Positions 1-9,551 of a stretch of 64,000 bases of DNA are shown here, one piece after another. The position numbers and the translations under genes are program-made. Under the pieces are notes generated by a model. The model did not search any database, was not told where the DNA came from, and saw nothing but the letters and a program-made list of their open reading frames with translations. The first letter of the stretch is position 1. Every line of letters starts with the position of its first letter. The DNA is from Acidobacteriota bacterium (GTDB lineage: Bacteria > Acidobacteriota > Vicinamibacteria > Vicinamibacterales > SCN-69-37): positions 7,194 to 71,193 of the forward strand of contig QGVF02000008.1 in assembly GCA_003242705.2 (NCBI GenBank), read 5' to 3'.

Positions 1-571
1 CGCTCTCGGCGGGCACGCCGTCGTCGAGCGGCTCGAAGACGCGCCGGCTCACCACCTGGACGCCGACGAAGTGCCAGCTCGGTTCGCTGTGCCCGCGCGG
101 GATGAAGCCGGTCACGGCGTCGTGGTCGTCGAGCAGCACGCCGTTGTAGTGCGCGGTGTGCTGGTTCGGCACGACGGCCAGCGTGACGGCCGCACCGGAG
201 GCGCGGTGCGCCTCGATCATCGGCGCCAGGTCGAAGTCGCACAGCGTGTCGCCGTTGACGATGACGAACGGGTCGGATCCGAGGAGCGGCAGCGCACGGC
301 GCGGGCCGCCGGCCGAGCCGAGGATCTCGCGCTCCCACGAGTACCGGACGGGTATGCCGAGGTGTGCGCCGTCGCCCAGCACGCGCGTGATCGTCTCCGG
401 CAGATGGTGCAGGTTGACGACGACATCGCCGATGCCCTGAGCCTTCAGCCAGGCGATCACGTGCTCGACGAGCGTGCGGTTGCCGAGCGGCACGGCGGGC
501 TTGGCCACGAGTCGGGTGAGCGGATCGAGGCGTGTCCCACGCCCGGCCGCGAGCAGAAGAGCGGACGTCAC
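1..571 (-). CDS. Sugar-phosphate nucleotidyltransferase (NTP_transferase family; MurU/mannose-1-P guanylyltransferase-like), runs off the window edge
   Basis: Not in the ORF track. Manual translation from GTG 569-571: MTSALLLAAGRGTRLDPLTRLVAKPAVPLGNRTL...VVNLHHL...EILGSAGG...IVNGD. LAAGxGTRL..KP signature; GTGA overlap with the upstream stop. Confidence 0.85.
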   Translation of the reverse strand, partial: MTSALLLAAGRGTRLDPLTRLVAKPAVPLGNRTLVEHVIAWLKAQGIGDVVVNLHHLPETITRVLGDGAHLGIPVRYSWEREILGSAGGPRRALPLLGSDPFVIVNGDTLCDFDLAPMIEAHRASGAAVTLAVVPNQHTAHYNGVLLDDHDAVTGFIPRGHSEPSWHFVGVQVVSRRVFEPLDDGVPAES

Positions 572-1137
572 TTCGATTCTCTGCCTGCCGGAGGCGTGAA
601 GAGCATATCGCTGAACGGGCGTCCCCGCGATTCACACCATCGCCGCCAGAGCGTGATGTAGGAGCCGAGCTCGTAGTCGGCCGGGCCGCGGTCGAGTCGG
701 CGCGCGATCGCGTCAATGGTCGCCGGCGGCGCCTCGACCTCGACGAACACGCCGAAGGGCGTTTCGTCGACCGTCAGCACGGCGCCGTCGGTGTGGTACT
801 CCTCGCGGTATTTCTGTGTCCGGAAGAACGACACGTAGCCGAGCACGCCGAGCAGCGCCGTGAGCGCGTCGGCGTCGGCGCAGTCGGTCTCGATCTCCTC
901 GCGGATCTTGACGGCTCCCGGCTGCCGGGGGCCCTTCCACGTGAGAATCGTCCGTTCGCCGTCGCGGCGCAGGCGCAGCGCCTGTGACTGGCCGCGCAGC
1001 CGGCCGTCGGCCGTGTCGTAGAAGACGTCTTCGAGAAGCCGTCGGGAGACAGCGAGGCGCCCGCCGGCAGCGACGACTGCACGGCGGGCGGCCTCGACGT
1101 CGGGGAAGGGCAGCTTGATTTCCTGTTCGAGTGCCAA
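568..1137 (-). CDS. CYTH-domain protein (class IV adenylate cyclase/triphosphatase family)
   Basis: N-terminal ExExK (EQEIK), LRLR, LTWKGP, REEIE, KYRE, VEVE motifs. Confidence 0.85.
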   Translation of the reverse strand: MALEQEIKLPFPDVEAARRAVVAAGGRLAVSRRLLEDVFYDTADGRLRGQSQALRLRRDGERTILTWKGPRQPGAVKIREEIETDCADADALTALLGVLGYVSFFRTQKYREEYHTDGAVLTVDETPFGVFVEVEAPPATIDAIARRLDRGPADYELGSYITLWRRWCESRGRPFSDMLFTPPAGRESK

Positions 1138-1146
1138 CTCGGCCGA

Positions 1147-2691
1147 CTACCGCTTGCGAATCTGGATCAGGATTTCCTGACCATCGCCATCGCCCGACGG
1201 ACGCCAGATCACCATGCGGACGATCCGGCCCGCCGGCACCGCCTCGACCGCCTCGCGCACCGCGGCGGGCGACGAGACGCTGCGGCCCTGCACGGTCAGG
1301 ATCACATCGTTGGCCTGCAGGCCGCCCTGCTCGGCGGGCCCGAAGGGCGTCGTTTCGACGACCACCACGCCGTTGCGATGCTCGGGGACGCCGAGCTCCT
1401 CGCGCAGCCGCGGGCTGAGCGGCGCCACCGACACGCCGATGCCGGTATCCTGCGCCCCGCTCCGCGGCTCGATGTTCGTTTCGGGGCTGCCTGCTTCCGC
1501 GCTCAGGTCGAGCTCTTCGACCGTCACGTTGAGCGTGAGCGTCTTGCCGTTACGGACCACCTTCAGCGGCACCGTCGTCCCCGGCCGGGTGGCCATGACG
1601 CGCGACACGAGATCGTTGTTGTCGCGCACGGGCTGGCCGTTGTACTCGACGATGACGTCGCCGGCCTGCACGCCCGCCTTCTCGGACGGTCCGCCGGGCG
1701 CGACGCTCCGCACCTCGGCGCCGCCGACGTGCGGGAGGTTGAGCTCCTTCGCGTACTCCTCGGTGATCGGCGTGCCGTAGATCTCGACGCCGATGCGGCC
1801 GCGCGTCACCTTGCCCTCGTGCAGCTGCGGCAGCAGGTCGCGGACGGTGTTGATCGGAATGGCGAAGCCGACGCCGACGTTCCCGCCCGCGAACTCGTTG
1901 GTGAGGATCATCGTGTTGATGCCGATGACCTCGCCGCGGATGTTCAGCAGCGGTCCCCCGGAGTTGCCGCGGTTGATAGCCGCGTCGGTCTGAATGAAGT
2001 CGAGCGACCGGCCGCGCGCCACCTGGTTCGGCCGGCCCACCGCGCTGACGATGCCGACGGTCACGGTGTTGCTGAGGTTGAACGGGGTGCCGATCGCCAT
2101 CACCCAGTCGCCGGGGGCCATCTGATCGGAGTCACCGAAGCGCGCGACGACCAGCTCCTCGTTCGGCAGCCGCTCGAGCTGCAGCAGGGCGGTGTCGGTC
2201 AGCTCGTCACGCCCGACGATGCGCGCCGGCAGGCCTTCGTCGAGCTCGTGCATCGACGACAGACGGACACGGATTTCAGTGGCGCCGTCGACCACGTGGT
2301 TGTTCGTGAGGATGTAGCCGGTCTTGTCGATGATGAAGCCGCTCCCCGTGCCGGTCGTCGGGACTTCCTCGGGGAGGGACCGGCGGGAGGGTGGCTGCGG
2401 CACCGGGAAGCCGAAGAACTCACGGAGCGCATCGGTGCTCCGCACACGCTGCATGGTCGTGGCGCGGATGCTCACGACCGACGGTGAGGCGATCCGGGCA
2501 ATGTTGCGGAAGGTCGAGGCATCGAGCTCGCCTTCGATCGGGTCGCTGTTGGTCGGCGGGATCGTCAGCGGACCGTTGGCCGCGCTCGAGAGCGGCGTCA
2601 GATCGAGCCGCGAAGCGATGACCATGCCCACGACGAGGGAACTGACCGCGATCAGCACGCCATAGAACAGTGAAGACTTCCGAGGTGCCAT
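1147..2691 (-). CDS. degP: HtrA/DegP-family serine protease with two PDZ domains
   Basis: N-terminal TM, GSGFII, TNNHVV, DTAL, QTDAAINRGNSGGPL, two C-terminal PDZ-like regions. Confidence 0.92.
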   Translation of the reverse strand: MAPRKSSLFYGVLIAVSSLVVGMVIASRLDLTPLSSAANGPLTIPPTNSDPIEGELDASTFRNIARIASPSVVSIRATTMQRVRSTDALREFFGFPVPQPPSRRSLPEEVPTTGTGSGFIIDKTGYILTNNHVVDGATEIRVRLSSMHELDEGLPARIVGRDELTDTALLQLERLPNEELVVARFGDSDQMAPGDWVMAIGTPFNLSNTVTVGIVSAVGRPNQVARGRSLDFIQTDAAINRGNSGGPLLNIRGEVIGINTMILTNEFAGGNVGVGFAIPINTVRDLLPQLHEGKVTRGRIGVEIYGTPITEEYAKELNLPHVGGAEVRSVAPGGPSEKAGVQAGDVIVEYNGQPVRDNNDLVSRVMATRPGTTVPLKVVRNGKTLTLNVTVEELDLSAEAGSPETNIEPRSGAQDTGIGVSVAPLSPRLREELGVPEHRNGVVVVETTPFGPAEQGGLQANDVILTVQGRSVSSPAAVREAVEAVPAGRIVRMVIWRPSGDGDGQEILIQIRKR

Positions 2692-2727
2692 AGTTGCTCC
2701 CAGCGCGTTCGAGACTCGAAGAATCCT

Positions 2728-2743
2728 TGCAAACAGGATACCG
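2728..2743 (-). promoter_or_regulatory. Candidate sigma54 (-24/-12) promoter upstream of degP
   Basis: Minus strand cGGTATcctgtTTGCA = GG-N10-GC; the embedded TATCCT could instead be a sigma70 -10. Confidence 0.35.
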
Positions 2744-2784
2744 CTATCGTCGTTTCGACGGACGAAGCCGCGTCAGAGTCGGCC

Positions 2785-3972
2785 TCAGGCCCCCGGCCGG
2801 CTCCCGAGCCGCACGAGGCCGGTCTGGCACGGGCCGCTGACCGTCGCGTCGTCCGGCCCGACCACCATGTTCACTTCGGAACGGATGCCGAACGCCGCCA
2901 GGTAGATGCCCGGCTCGATCGTGAAACCCGTGCCGGGCAGCAGCCGGCGCTCGTCGCGCGTCTCGTAGTCGTCGATGTGCGCCCCCGTGCCGTGCACATC
3001 GGGGCCGAGGCTGTGTCCCGTGCGGTGGACGAAGTGCCGACCGTAGCCCGCCCCCTCGATGACCTCGCGGGCGGCGCGGTCGACCTGCCAGCCCCGGATC
3101 GGCTCGCCGGACCGGACGGCGTCGACCACCCGGGCGATCGCGGCATCGCGCGCCTCGGCCACGACCCGGAAGACGGCGTCCATCTCGGGCGTCGGCCGGC
3201 CGGCCACGCCCGTCCACGTGATATCGGCATAGACCGCGCCGGGCTCGGTCGTCTTCCCCCACAGGTCGATCAGCACGAGATCGCCTGGTTGGACGAGGCG
3301 CGACGACTCCGGGTTCGGCGCGTAGTGCGGATCGCCGGCATGCTCCTGGACGGCGACAATCGGACCGGCGTCGGTCACGAGTCCCTCGTCGTCGAACCAG
3401 GCCTTCATCCGGGCCTGAATCTCGAGCTCGCGCAGCGGGACGCCGGCGTCGAGCTGCGCGCCGATCCAGTGGAACGTCAGGTCCTTGATGCGGTAGAGCG
3501 CCGCCGAGGCGCGGCGGTGTGAGGCGATCTGGCCGTCGGTCCACGAGGCTTCGAACCGGCCGACCAGATCGCCCGACGAGACGACCTCGACGCCGCAGGC
3601 CCGCACGAGATCGACGGTGCCGGCATCGACACGCGAGACGTAGGGGATGGCGCAGCGGGGCGAGTACTCCATCGCCACGCGCCGCGCCCCGGCGAGTACA
3701 GCCGCCAGGCCGCGTTCGAGCTCCTGGCGACTCGCGTACAGGTGCGTGTCGCCGGGCAGGTGATCGAGCGTGCGCGGCTCGATGGCGTGGACCAGCCGTC
3801 GCGGGGTGCCGATGCGCGGGATGAAGTAGAACCAGCGCCGCGTCACGTGCCGGCCTTCGAGTGCGGCCAGTCGCTGCGCGATGGGGTTGAGGCCGTGGAA
3901 ATCGTAGAGCAGCCAGCCGTCGAGATCGTCGTCGGCGAGCGCCTGCTGGACAGCCGCGAGGGCGGGAGGCAT
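2785..3972 (-). CDS. M24-family aminopeptidase (Xaa-Pro peptidase-like)
   Basis: LIDLWG, YADITW, HRTGHSLG..VHG, FTIEPGIY, GIRSE metal-ligand motifs. Confidence 0.9.
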   Translation of the reverse strand: MPPALAAVQQALADDDLDGWLLYDFHGLNPIAQRLAALEGRHVTRRWFYFIPRIGTPRRLVHAIEPRTLDHLPGDTHLYASRQELERGLAAVLAGARRVAMEYSPRCAIPYVSRVDAGTVDLVRACGVEVVSSGDLVGRFEASWTDGQIASHRRASAALYRIKDLTFHWIGAQLDAGVPLRELEIQARMKAWFDDEGLVTDAGPIVAVQEHAGDPHYAPNPESSRLVQPGDLVLIDLWGKTTEPGAVYADITWTGVAGRPTPEMDAVFRVVAEARDAAIARVVDAVRSGEPIRGWQVDRAAREVIEGAGYGRHFVHRTGHSLGPDVHGTGAHIDDYETRDERRLLPGTGFTIEPGIYLAAFGIRSEVNMVVGPDDATVSGPCQTGLVRLGSRPGA

Positions 3973-3995
3973 GGTGCCGTGCGGTCAGCCGGCGG

Positions 3996-4454
3996 CTACA
4001 TCTCGCCGTTCCAGTCTTCCGGGTCCGGGGCCGTCGTACGGAAGACCTCGAGGTGCCACTTGCCGCCGCCCCAGGGCTCGATGACGTCGGCGGCGACAAC
4101 GTCGACGAGGATCTCGGCGAACGTGCGGTGCTCGGGATCGTTCTCCAGGTGGTACGCGGCATCGTCCCACCCGAAGACCGGATAGAGCAGCAGCGTCAGG
4201 AACAGGTCGTAGCCATCGTCGATGACCTGGAGCTGTCCCACCGGGCGCTTCTGCGTCGTGTGGAAAATCAGGTACTTCTCGGCGCTCTGCGCGCGGATGT
4301 AGCGCTTGACCGTGAACTCGCGGGCGACGATGTCCTCGACCGCGATCTTCTTTTCCCAGCAGCCCCGACAGTACCGCTCGTCGCCGCGGGGATCGGACAC
4401 CTCTCGCGCGCCGCACAGCGCGCACCGCAGCGGCTCTGTAACCTTCCGTGCCAT
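3996..4454 (-). CDS. Conserved hypothetical protein with N-terminal CxxC-x14-CxxC zinc ribbon
   Basis: Start moved to ATG 4454 (MARKVTEPLRCALC...YCRGCW), 7 nt after TATAAT; coding-like composition. Confidence 0.7.
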   Translation of the reverse strand: MARKVTEPLRCALCGAREVSDPRGDERYCRGCWEKKIAVEDIVAREFTVKRYIRAQSAEKYLIFHTTQKRPVGQLQVIDDGYDLFLTLLLYPVFGWDDAAYHLENDPEHRTFAEILVDVVAADVIEPWGGGKWHLEVFRTTAPDPEDWNGEM

Positions 4455-4557
4455 TGCTGGGATTATAAGCGGCCGGCCGGTGCGGGATGCGCCCGTTTGT
4501 CCGGCTGACACGACGCGGCGCTGCCGCTATGCTGACCGTCGCCTGTTTCTGCCCGTC

Positions 4558-5016
4558 ATGACACGACTTCCCGTTCGTATCACCCGTCGTCACCCCGGCG
4601 TCGAACTGCCCGCGTACCAGACCGCCGGCGCCGCCGGCTTCGATCTGGCCGCTTCGGAGAACCTGACGGTTCAACCGGGGGAAGTGGTCCTCGTCCCGAC
4701 CGGCCTCGTGATGGCCGTGCCCGAGGGGTACTGCCTGGGCGTCTTCGCGCGCAGCAGTACGCCGCTCAAACGCGGCCTGATGGTCGCCAACGGTGTCGGC
4801 ATCGTCGACTCCGACTATTCGGGACCGGAAGACGAGATCAAAATCGAAGTCTTCAACTTCACGGGCCGGCCGGTCGAGATCAAGGCGGGCGATCGCCTCG
4901 CCCAGGGCGTCCTCCTGCCGTACGCCCGCGCCGAATGGATCGAAGGCGACGCCGAAGGGAGGTCGCGCGGCGGCTTCGGCAGCACGGGCGACGGACCCGG
5001 CCGGACCGGGCCGTGA
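4558..5016 (+). CDS. dut: dUTP diphosphatase
   Basis: AGFDL, RSS, GIVDSDYSG, GDRLAQG, RGGFGSTG motifs; start moved to ATG 4558. Confidence 0.95.
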   Translation: MTRLPVRITRRHPGVELPAYQTAGAAGFDLAASENLTVQPGEVVLVPTGLVMAVPEGYCLGVFARSSTPLKRGLMVANGVGIVDSDYSGPEDEIKIEVFNFTGRPVEIKAGDRLAQGVLLPYARAEWIEGDAEGRSRGGFGSTGDGPGRTGP

Positions 5017-5031
5017 CGCGCCGCCGCGGAC

Positions 5032-5790
5032 TCAGCGAGTCGCGTGACTGCGGCCGGTATAGACGATGAAGATGGCCGCTTCCCGCGACGAGGCGGAGGG
5101 GACGATCGTCCACGGCAGCGTCGTATGTCCGCGTGTGACCGTGCGGCCGACCGCCGCGCCGATGGCACCGCCGACAATCACGTCGGTCAGCCAGTGCGCG
5201 TTGTCGCGGACGCGGGTCCAGCCGATGAACGCGGCCCCGGCATAGGCCGGCACGCCGACCTTCGCGCCGTAGTGCGACGCGAGGACGCTGGCCGTGGCAA
5301 ACGATGCCGAGGCGTGCCCCGACGGCAGCGACTCCCCGCCGCCGCTCGGCCGTCGCCGATCGGCCACGAACTTCAGGCCGCGCGTCAGAACGGCATTGAG
5401 CGCCTGCGCGCGAATCAGGTCGCTGCCGAGATGTGTCACGTGCCGGTTGCCGGCAAGCAGGCCGATCCCGTAAGTGCCCAGCGCCGCACCGCCCTGAATC
5501 CACCCGTCGCCGGCGGTTCGCCCGATCGGGGTGTAGGAGGATTCGCCCAGGCCGTCGGCCCAGATCTGGAGGTTGTCGTCGGCCGGCCGCATGGCGAGCG
5601 CTCCGCCGGTGCCGGCCCCCAGCAGCGCGAACGTCTCGCGCGACGGCAGCGCGACGATGTCACGGCCGAGGTTCTGGAAGAACTCGTGCAGCGGGCGATC
5701 GGGGGGAGGTTCCGGGGAGGCGGAAGGCACGGCCGGCGCGATCGTCTGCAGCGTCAGCGTCAGGTAGAGCAGACACGTACTGCTGAGCAC
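5032..5790 (-). CDS. PAP2-family phosphatase
   Basis: KxxxxxxRP (KFVADRRRP), PSGH, TRxxxxxHWLTD; start uncertain (GTG 5790 or TTG 5820). Confidence 0.8.
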   Translation of the reverse strand: MLSSTCLLYLTLTLQTIAPAVPSASPEPPPDRPLHEFFQNLGRDIVALPSRETFALLGAGTGGALAMRPADDNLQIWADGLGESSYTPIGRTAGDGWIQGGAALGTYGIGLLAGNRHVTHLGSDLIRAQALNAVLTRGLKFVADRRRPSGGGESLPSGHASASFATASVLASHYGAKVGVPAYAGAAFIGWTRVRDNAHWLTDVIVGGAIGAAVGRTVTRGHTTLPWTIVPSASSREAAIFIVYTGRSHATR

Positions 5791-5857
5791 GCCGCCGAGA
5801 ATACCAGCCCGCCACGGCAATGACGAGTGGCGCGTCGATCGTGTACTGACGCGGCGG

Positions 5858-7618
5858 TCAGCGCTGGCCGGCGGACGTGCCGAGCGCCGCAGCGGTGCGC
5901 GCCAGCACGTCCTCGATGGCCTGCTGGAGCCGCGTGCCGGGACGCGCATCGGCGCGCTGCAGCGCGGCGGCCAGGCTGCGCAGTTCGTCGGCGAGCGCGG
6001 CCAGTCGATCGCCTGACGGATTCGACGATGTGTCGGCCGTTGTCGAAGCGTCGACGGCCGCCATGGCCGAGTCGACCGCGGCGCGCGCGGTATCGACGCT
6101 GCGGCCCAGATCGCGCAGCGCCGTCAGGTCGAGCAGGCTGGTGCGCACTCGTGGATCCATCCGGACCGATACGGCCTGGCGCATGACCCGACCATCGACA
6201 GCGAGACGCACCTGATAGAAGCCCGGCAGGACGGCCGCCGCCGGCACGTCGTCGCCGGCGACCGGCGGCGTATAGCGGAGATCCCAGTCGACGCGGTGCA
6301 GGCCCGGCGTGGTTGGAAGCGGTGAGGCTCCGGTGTCCTGCCGGTTGTCTCCGGCGTCAGGCTGGCTCGACCAGCGGCGGATGAGATCGCCCGTCGCCGG
6401 ATCGACGACTTCGAGGGCGACGTCCTCCGCGCCGTGTTCGCCCAGCAGATAGGTAAAGGTCGCTCCGGGAGCCACCGGGCCCCCGGGCACGGCCGACGCT
6501 CGAGGCCGCCACGCGGTCGCCGGGCGGAACAGGAAGAAGTCGGCACGCGCAACGTCGGCTGTCAGCTGGCGCAATGCCGATATGTCGTCCAGCGTCCAGA
6601 TACCGGCCGTCGTGGCGGCGGCGAGGCGCGCCTCGTGGATGGCGATGGCGTGGACCGGTCCGTCGGGCAGCTTCGCGCTGAACTCCTGCCACGTCTCGCC
6701 GTCGTCAAACGAGACGGTCACCGTGCGGTCGGTTGCGGCAAACAGCAGGCCGCGCCGGAAGCGATCCTCGCGGACGGCGTTGATGGTCGTCCCGGCAGCG
6801 GCCAGGCGATCCGTCAGGTCGACCCAGGTATCGCCGCCGTCACGGGTGCGGTAGAAGCGCGTCGTGCCGGCGACGTCGACCAGCGCGTAGGCACCGTTCG
6901 GATCGAAGTGCGAGCCGTCGAGCACGCGAAAGCGACCGCCCGCGTCGCGCCACGGCGTCTGCGCGTCGTGCCAGGTGGTTCCTGCGTTGCGGGTGACGCG
7001 AATCGCCCCGTTCGACAGCCCGACCCAGAGGAGCCGCGAATCGACCGGCGAGACACTCAACGTCGCCACGCGCGCATCGAGCGTCGACCAGTCCGGGCTG
7101 ATCATCGTCCAGTCGTCGCCGCCGTTCGTGGTCCGGTACACGGCGGTTGTTGCGGCAAAGAGCGTGCGACCGTCCGGACTGAAGACCTTGGGCACGATGC
7201 GATCGGTCCGGCCGCCCGGCACGCCGTCCGGTCTGACATCGACGGCCTGCGTGGTCCTGCGGTCGTAGCGGACGAGGTCGCCGCCGAAGAGGATGTCGGG
7301 ATCGCGGGGATCGGCGACGACAGGTGCTGCCAGCAGGGGCGGCAGCTCGAGCCAGCCAGGCGCGTCGAACGGTTCGAGCCAGAGCCGCGTGCACACGGTG
7401 ACCGAGGGCGATCCCGCGCAGAGATTCGGCGGGAACGCGGTGTCGATCGTGAGAAACGTGACGCGTTCGATCGAGGTGGGAAGCGGGCCGCCGAGCGGGC
7501 GCCACTCGAGGCCCTCGCCCGCGGGCAGCACGAACGCATCCTGCGCACCCGGATGTGCCGTCAGCGCGGCCGCGGCGATCAGAAGTGTCCAGGCGGCGGA
7601 GCGGCAGCGGCGGCGCAT
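5858..7618 (-). CDS. Secreted BNR/Asp-box beta-propeller protein (VPS10/sialidase-like), shortened form
   Basis: Signal peptide from ATG 7618; Asp-boxes RTTNGGDDW, VTRNAGTTW, RTRDGGDTW, SFDDGETW; C-terminal GLHRVDWDLRY..PGFYQVRL..MDPR. Confidence 0.75.
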   Translation of the reverse strand: MRRRCRSAAWTLLIAAAALTAHPGAQDAFVLPAGEGLEWRPLGGPLPTSIERVTFLTIDTAFPPNLCAGSPSVTVCTRLWLEPFDAPGWLELPPLLAAPVVADPRDPDILFGGDLVRYDRRTTQAVDVRPDGVPGGRTDRIVPKVFSPDGRTLFAATTAVYRTTNGGDDWTMISPDWSTLDARVATLSVSPVDSRLLWVGLSNGAIRVTRNAGTTWHDAQTPWRDAGGRFRVLDGSHFDPNGAYALVDVAGTTRFYRTRDGGDTWVDLTDRLAAAGTTINAVREDRFRRGLLFAATDRTVTVSFDDGETWQEFSAKLPDGPVHAIAIHEARLAAATTAGIWTLDDISALRQLTADVARADFFLFRPATAWRPRASAVPGGPVAPGATFTYLLGEHGAEDVALEVVDPATGDLIRRWSSQPDAGDNRQDTGASPLPTTPGLHRVDWDLRYTPPVAGDDVPAAAVLPGFYQVRLAVDGRVMRQAVSVRMDPRVRTSLLDLTALRDLGRSVDTARAAVDSAMAAVDASTTADTSSNPSGDRLAALADELRSLAAALQRADARPGTRLQQAIEDVLARTAAALGTSAGQR

Positions 7619-7632
7619 CGGCCCCGGCGCGG

Positions 7633-8040
7633 TCAGCGTGGAACGTCGGGACTCGGCACCGGCTCGGGCACGGCGACCTTGATTCGGGCGACGTGCACCG
7701 TGACGGCAACGGCAATGGCCAGCAGGATGCCGCGAATCCACCAGGCTTCAACCGAGAGGATGGCCGAAGCGCCGATCCCGACCCAGAGCAGCGTGAGCGT
7801 CCAGATCTTGTGGCCGCGGCTCATGCCTCGTCCCTCGCGGCTGCTGCGGATGTAGGAGCCGAGCCATCGACTCTCGACGAGCTTCCGATAGAACCGCTCC
7901 GAGCTGCGCGCGTAGCAGGCCGCGGCAAGCAGCAGGAAAACCGTCGTGGGCATGAGCGGCACGAAGATGCCGATGACGCCGAGCGCCACCGACAGGCTGC
8001 CGACCGCGATGAGAATCAACCTGAAAATCTGCTGGGGCAT
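7633..8040 (-). CDS. YbaN/DUF454 inner-membrane protein
   Basis: LGVIGIFVPLMPTTVFLLLAAACYARSS signature. Confidence 0.9.
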   Translation of the reverse strand: MPQQIFRLILIAVGSLSVALGVIGIFVPLMPTTVFLLLAAACYARSSERFYRKLVESRWLGSYIRSSREGRGMSRGHKIWTLTLLWVGIGASAILSVEAWWIRGILLAIAVAVTVHVARIKVAVPEPVPSPDVPR

Positions 8041-8098
8041 GACCCGACCGAAGAATGTCCCCGGATCTTAGCAGACACCGGCGTGCGACAATGCGGCC

Positions 8099-9505
8099 AT
8101 GTCCGCTCCGCGTTCCGACGCGCTCGTGTTTTTCGGGGCCAGCGGCGATCTGGCCTTCAAGAGCATTTTCCCGGCCCTGCAGGGGCTCGCGGCCACCGGC
8201 CAGCTCGACATGCCCGTACTGGGCGTGGCGCGTAAGGAGTGGACACGCGAGGATCTGATCGCCCGCGCCCGCGCGAGCATCGAGGCCGCCGGTGTGTTCC
8301 AGCCGGAAGCCTTCGATCGGCTGTCGGCCAACCTGCACTACGTGAAGGGCGACTACGCGAGCCCGTCGACCTACGCCGAAATCCGCGCACGCCTCGGGTC
8401 GGCGCGTCGTCCGCTGCACTATCTGGCGATTCCGCCGAGCATGTTCGAGCACGTCATCCGGGGGCTGGCCGAACACGGCTGCGCCAACGGCGGCCGTGTG
8501 GTCGTCGAGAAGCCCTTCGGCCGGGACCTGGCGTCGGCGCAGGCGCTCGACCGCGTGCTGCACCAGTACTTCCGGGAGCGCGACATCTTCCGGATTGATC
8601 ACTACCTCGGCAAGGAACCGGTCCAGAACCTGCTGTACTTCCGCTTCGCGAACACGTTCCTCGAGCCGATCTGGAACCGGCAGTACGTCGAGCGCATCGA
8701 GATTACGATGGCCGAGTCGTTCGGCATCAAGGGCCGCGGGCGACTCTACGACGAGCTGGGCGCGATTCGCGACGTGGTGCAGAACCACCTGCTGCAGATT
8801 GCCGCGCTGCTGCTGATGGAGCCGCCGGTCGGTCAGGATCCGGAGGCGATCCGCGACGCCAAAGGACAGGCGTTCCGCGCCATGCGCCCGCTCGATCCCG
8901 CGGAAGTCGTGCGCGGCCAGTTCGACGGCTACCGCGACGAAGCCGGCGTCGATCCGGATTCCGACGCCGAAACGTTTGCCGCCCTGCGCCTGCACGTTGA
9001 TTCGTGGCGGTGGGCGGGCGTGCCCATCTACATCCGGGCGGGCAAGTGCCTGCCGGTGAGCGCCACCGAAGTGTTCGTCACGCTGAAGCGGCCGCCGCTG
9101 GCCGTCTTCGAGGACGTCCCGGTCGCCCCGCCGAACCACGTGCGCTTCCGGCTGAGTCCCGAAGTGCTGATCGAACTCGGCACGCGTGCCAAGCGGGCGG
9201 GCGAGGGCAATCTCGGGGAAGAGGTCAACCTCGACGCGTGCCGCAACACGGTGCACGCCGTGCCGCCGTATCAGCGGCTGCTCGGTGACGCGATGCGCGG
9301 CGATCAGACGCTGTTCGCGCGCACCGACGCGGTCGAGGCGTCGTGGCGCGTCGTCGAACCGGTCCTCGTCAATCGGCCGCCGCTTCACTGGTACAAGGCG
9401 GGGAGCTGGGGACCCGACGCCGCCAACCGCCTGATTGAAGGGGGTGTCTGGCATGATCCGGCGGCGACGATTTCGTCGGCGCCGGAGCCCGCTGCCACCC
9501 GGTGA
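8099..9505 (+). CDS. zwf: Glucose-6-phosphate 1-dehydrogenase
   Basis: [46 protein letters not shown]. Confidence 0.96.
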   Translation: MSAPRSDALVFFGASGDLAFKSIFPALQGLAATGQLDMPVLGVARKEWTREDLIARARASIEAAGVFQPEAFDRLSANLHYVKGDYASPSTYAEIRARLGSARRPLHYLAIPPSMFEHVIRGLAEHGCANGGRVVVEKPFGRDLASAQALDRVLHQYFRERDIFRIDHYLGKEPVQNLLYFRFANTFLEPIWNRQYVERIEITMAESFGIKGRGRLYDELGAIRDVVQNHLLQIAALLLMEPPVGQDPEAIRDAKGQAFRAMRPLDPAEVVRGQFDGYRDEAGVDPDSDAETFAALRLHVDSWRWAGVPIYIRAGKCLPVSATEVFVTLKRPPLAVFEDVPVAPPNHVRFRLSPEVLIELGTRAKRAGEGNLGEEVNLDACRNTVHAVPPYQRLLGDAMRGDQTLFARTDAVEASWRVVEPVLVNRPPLHWYKAGSWGPDAANRLIEGGVWHDPAATISSAPEPAATR

Positions 9506-9551
9506 TCCCGGGTACCCGTTCCGCGTCAATCTGATAGGCTGGCCACTCTCC

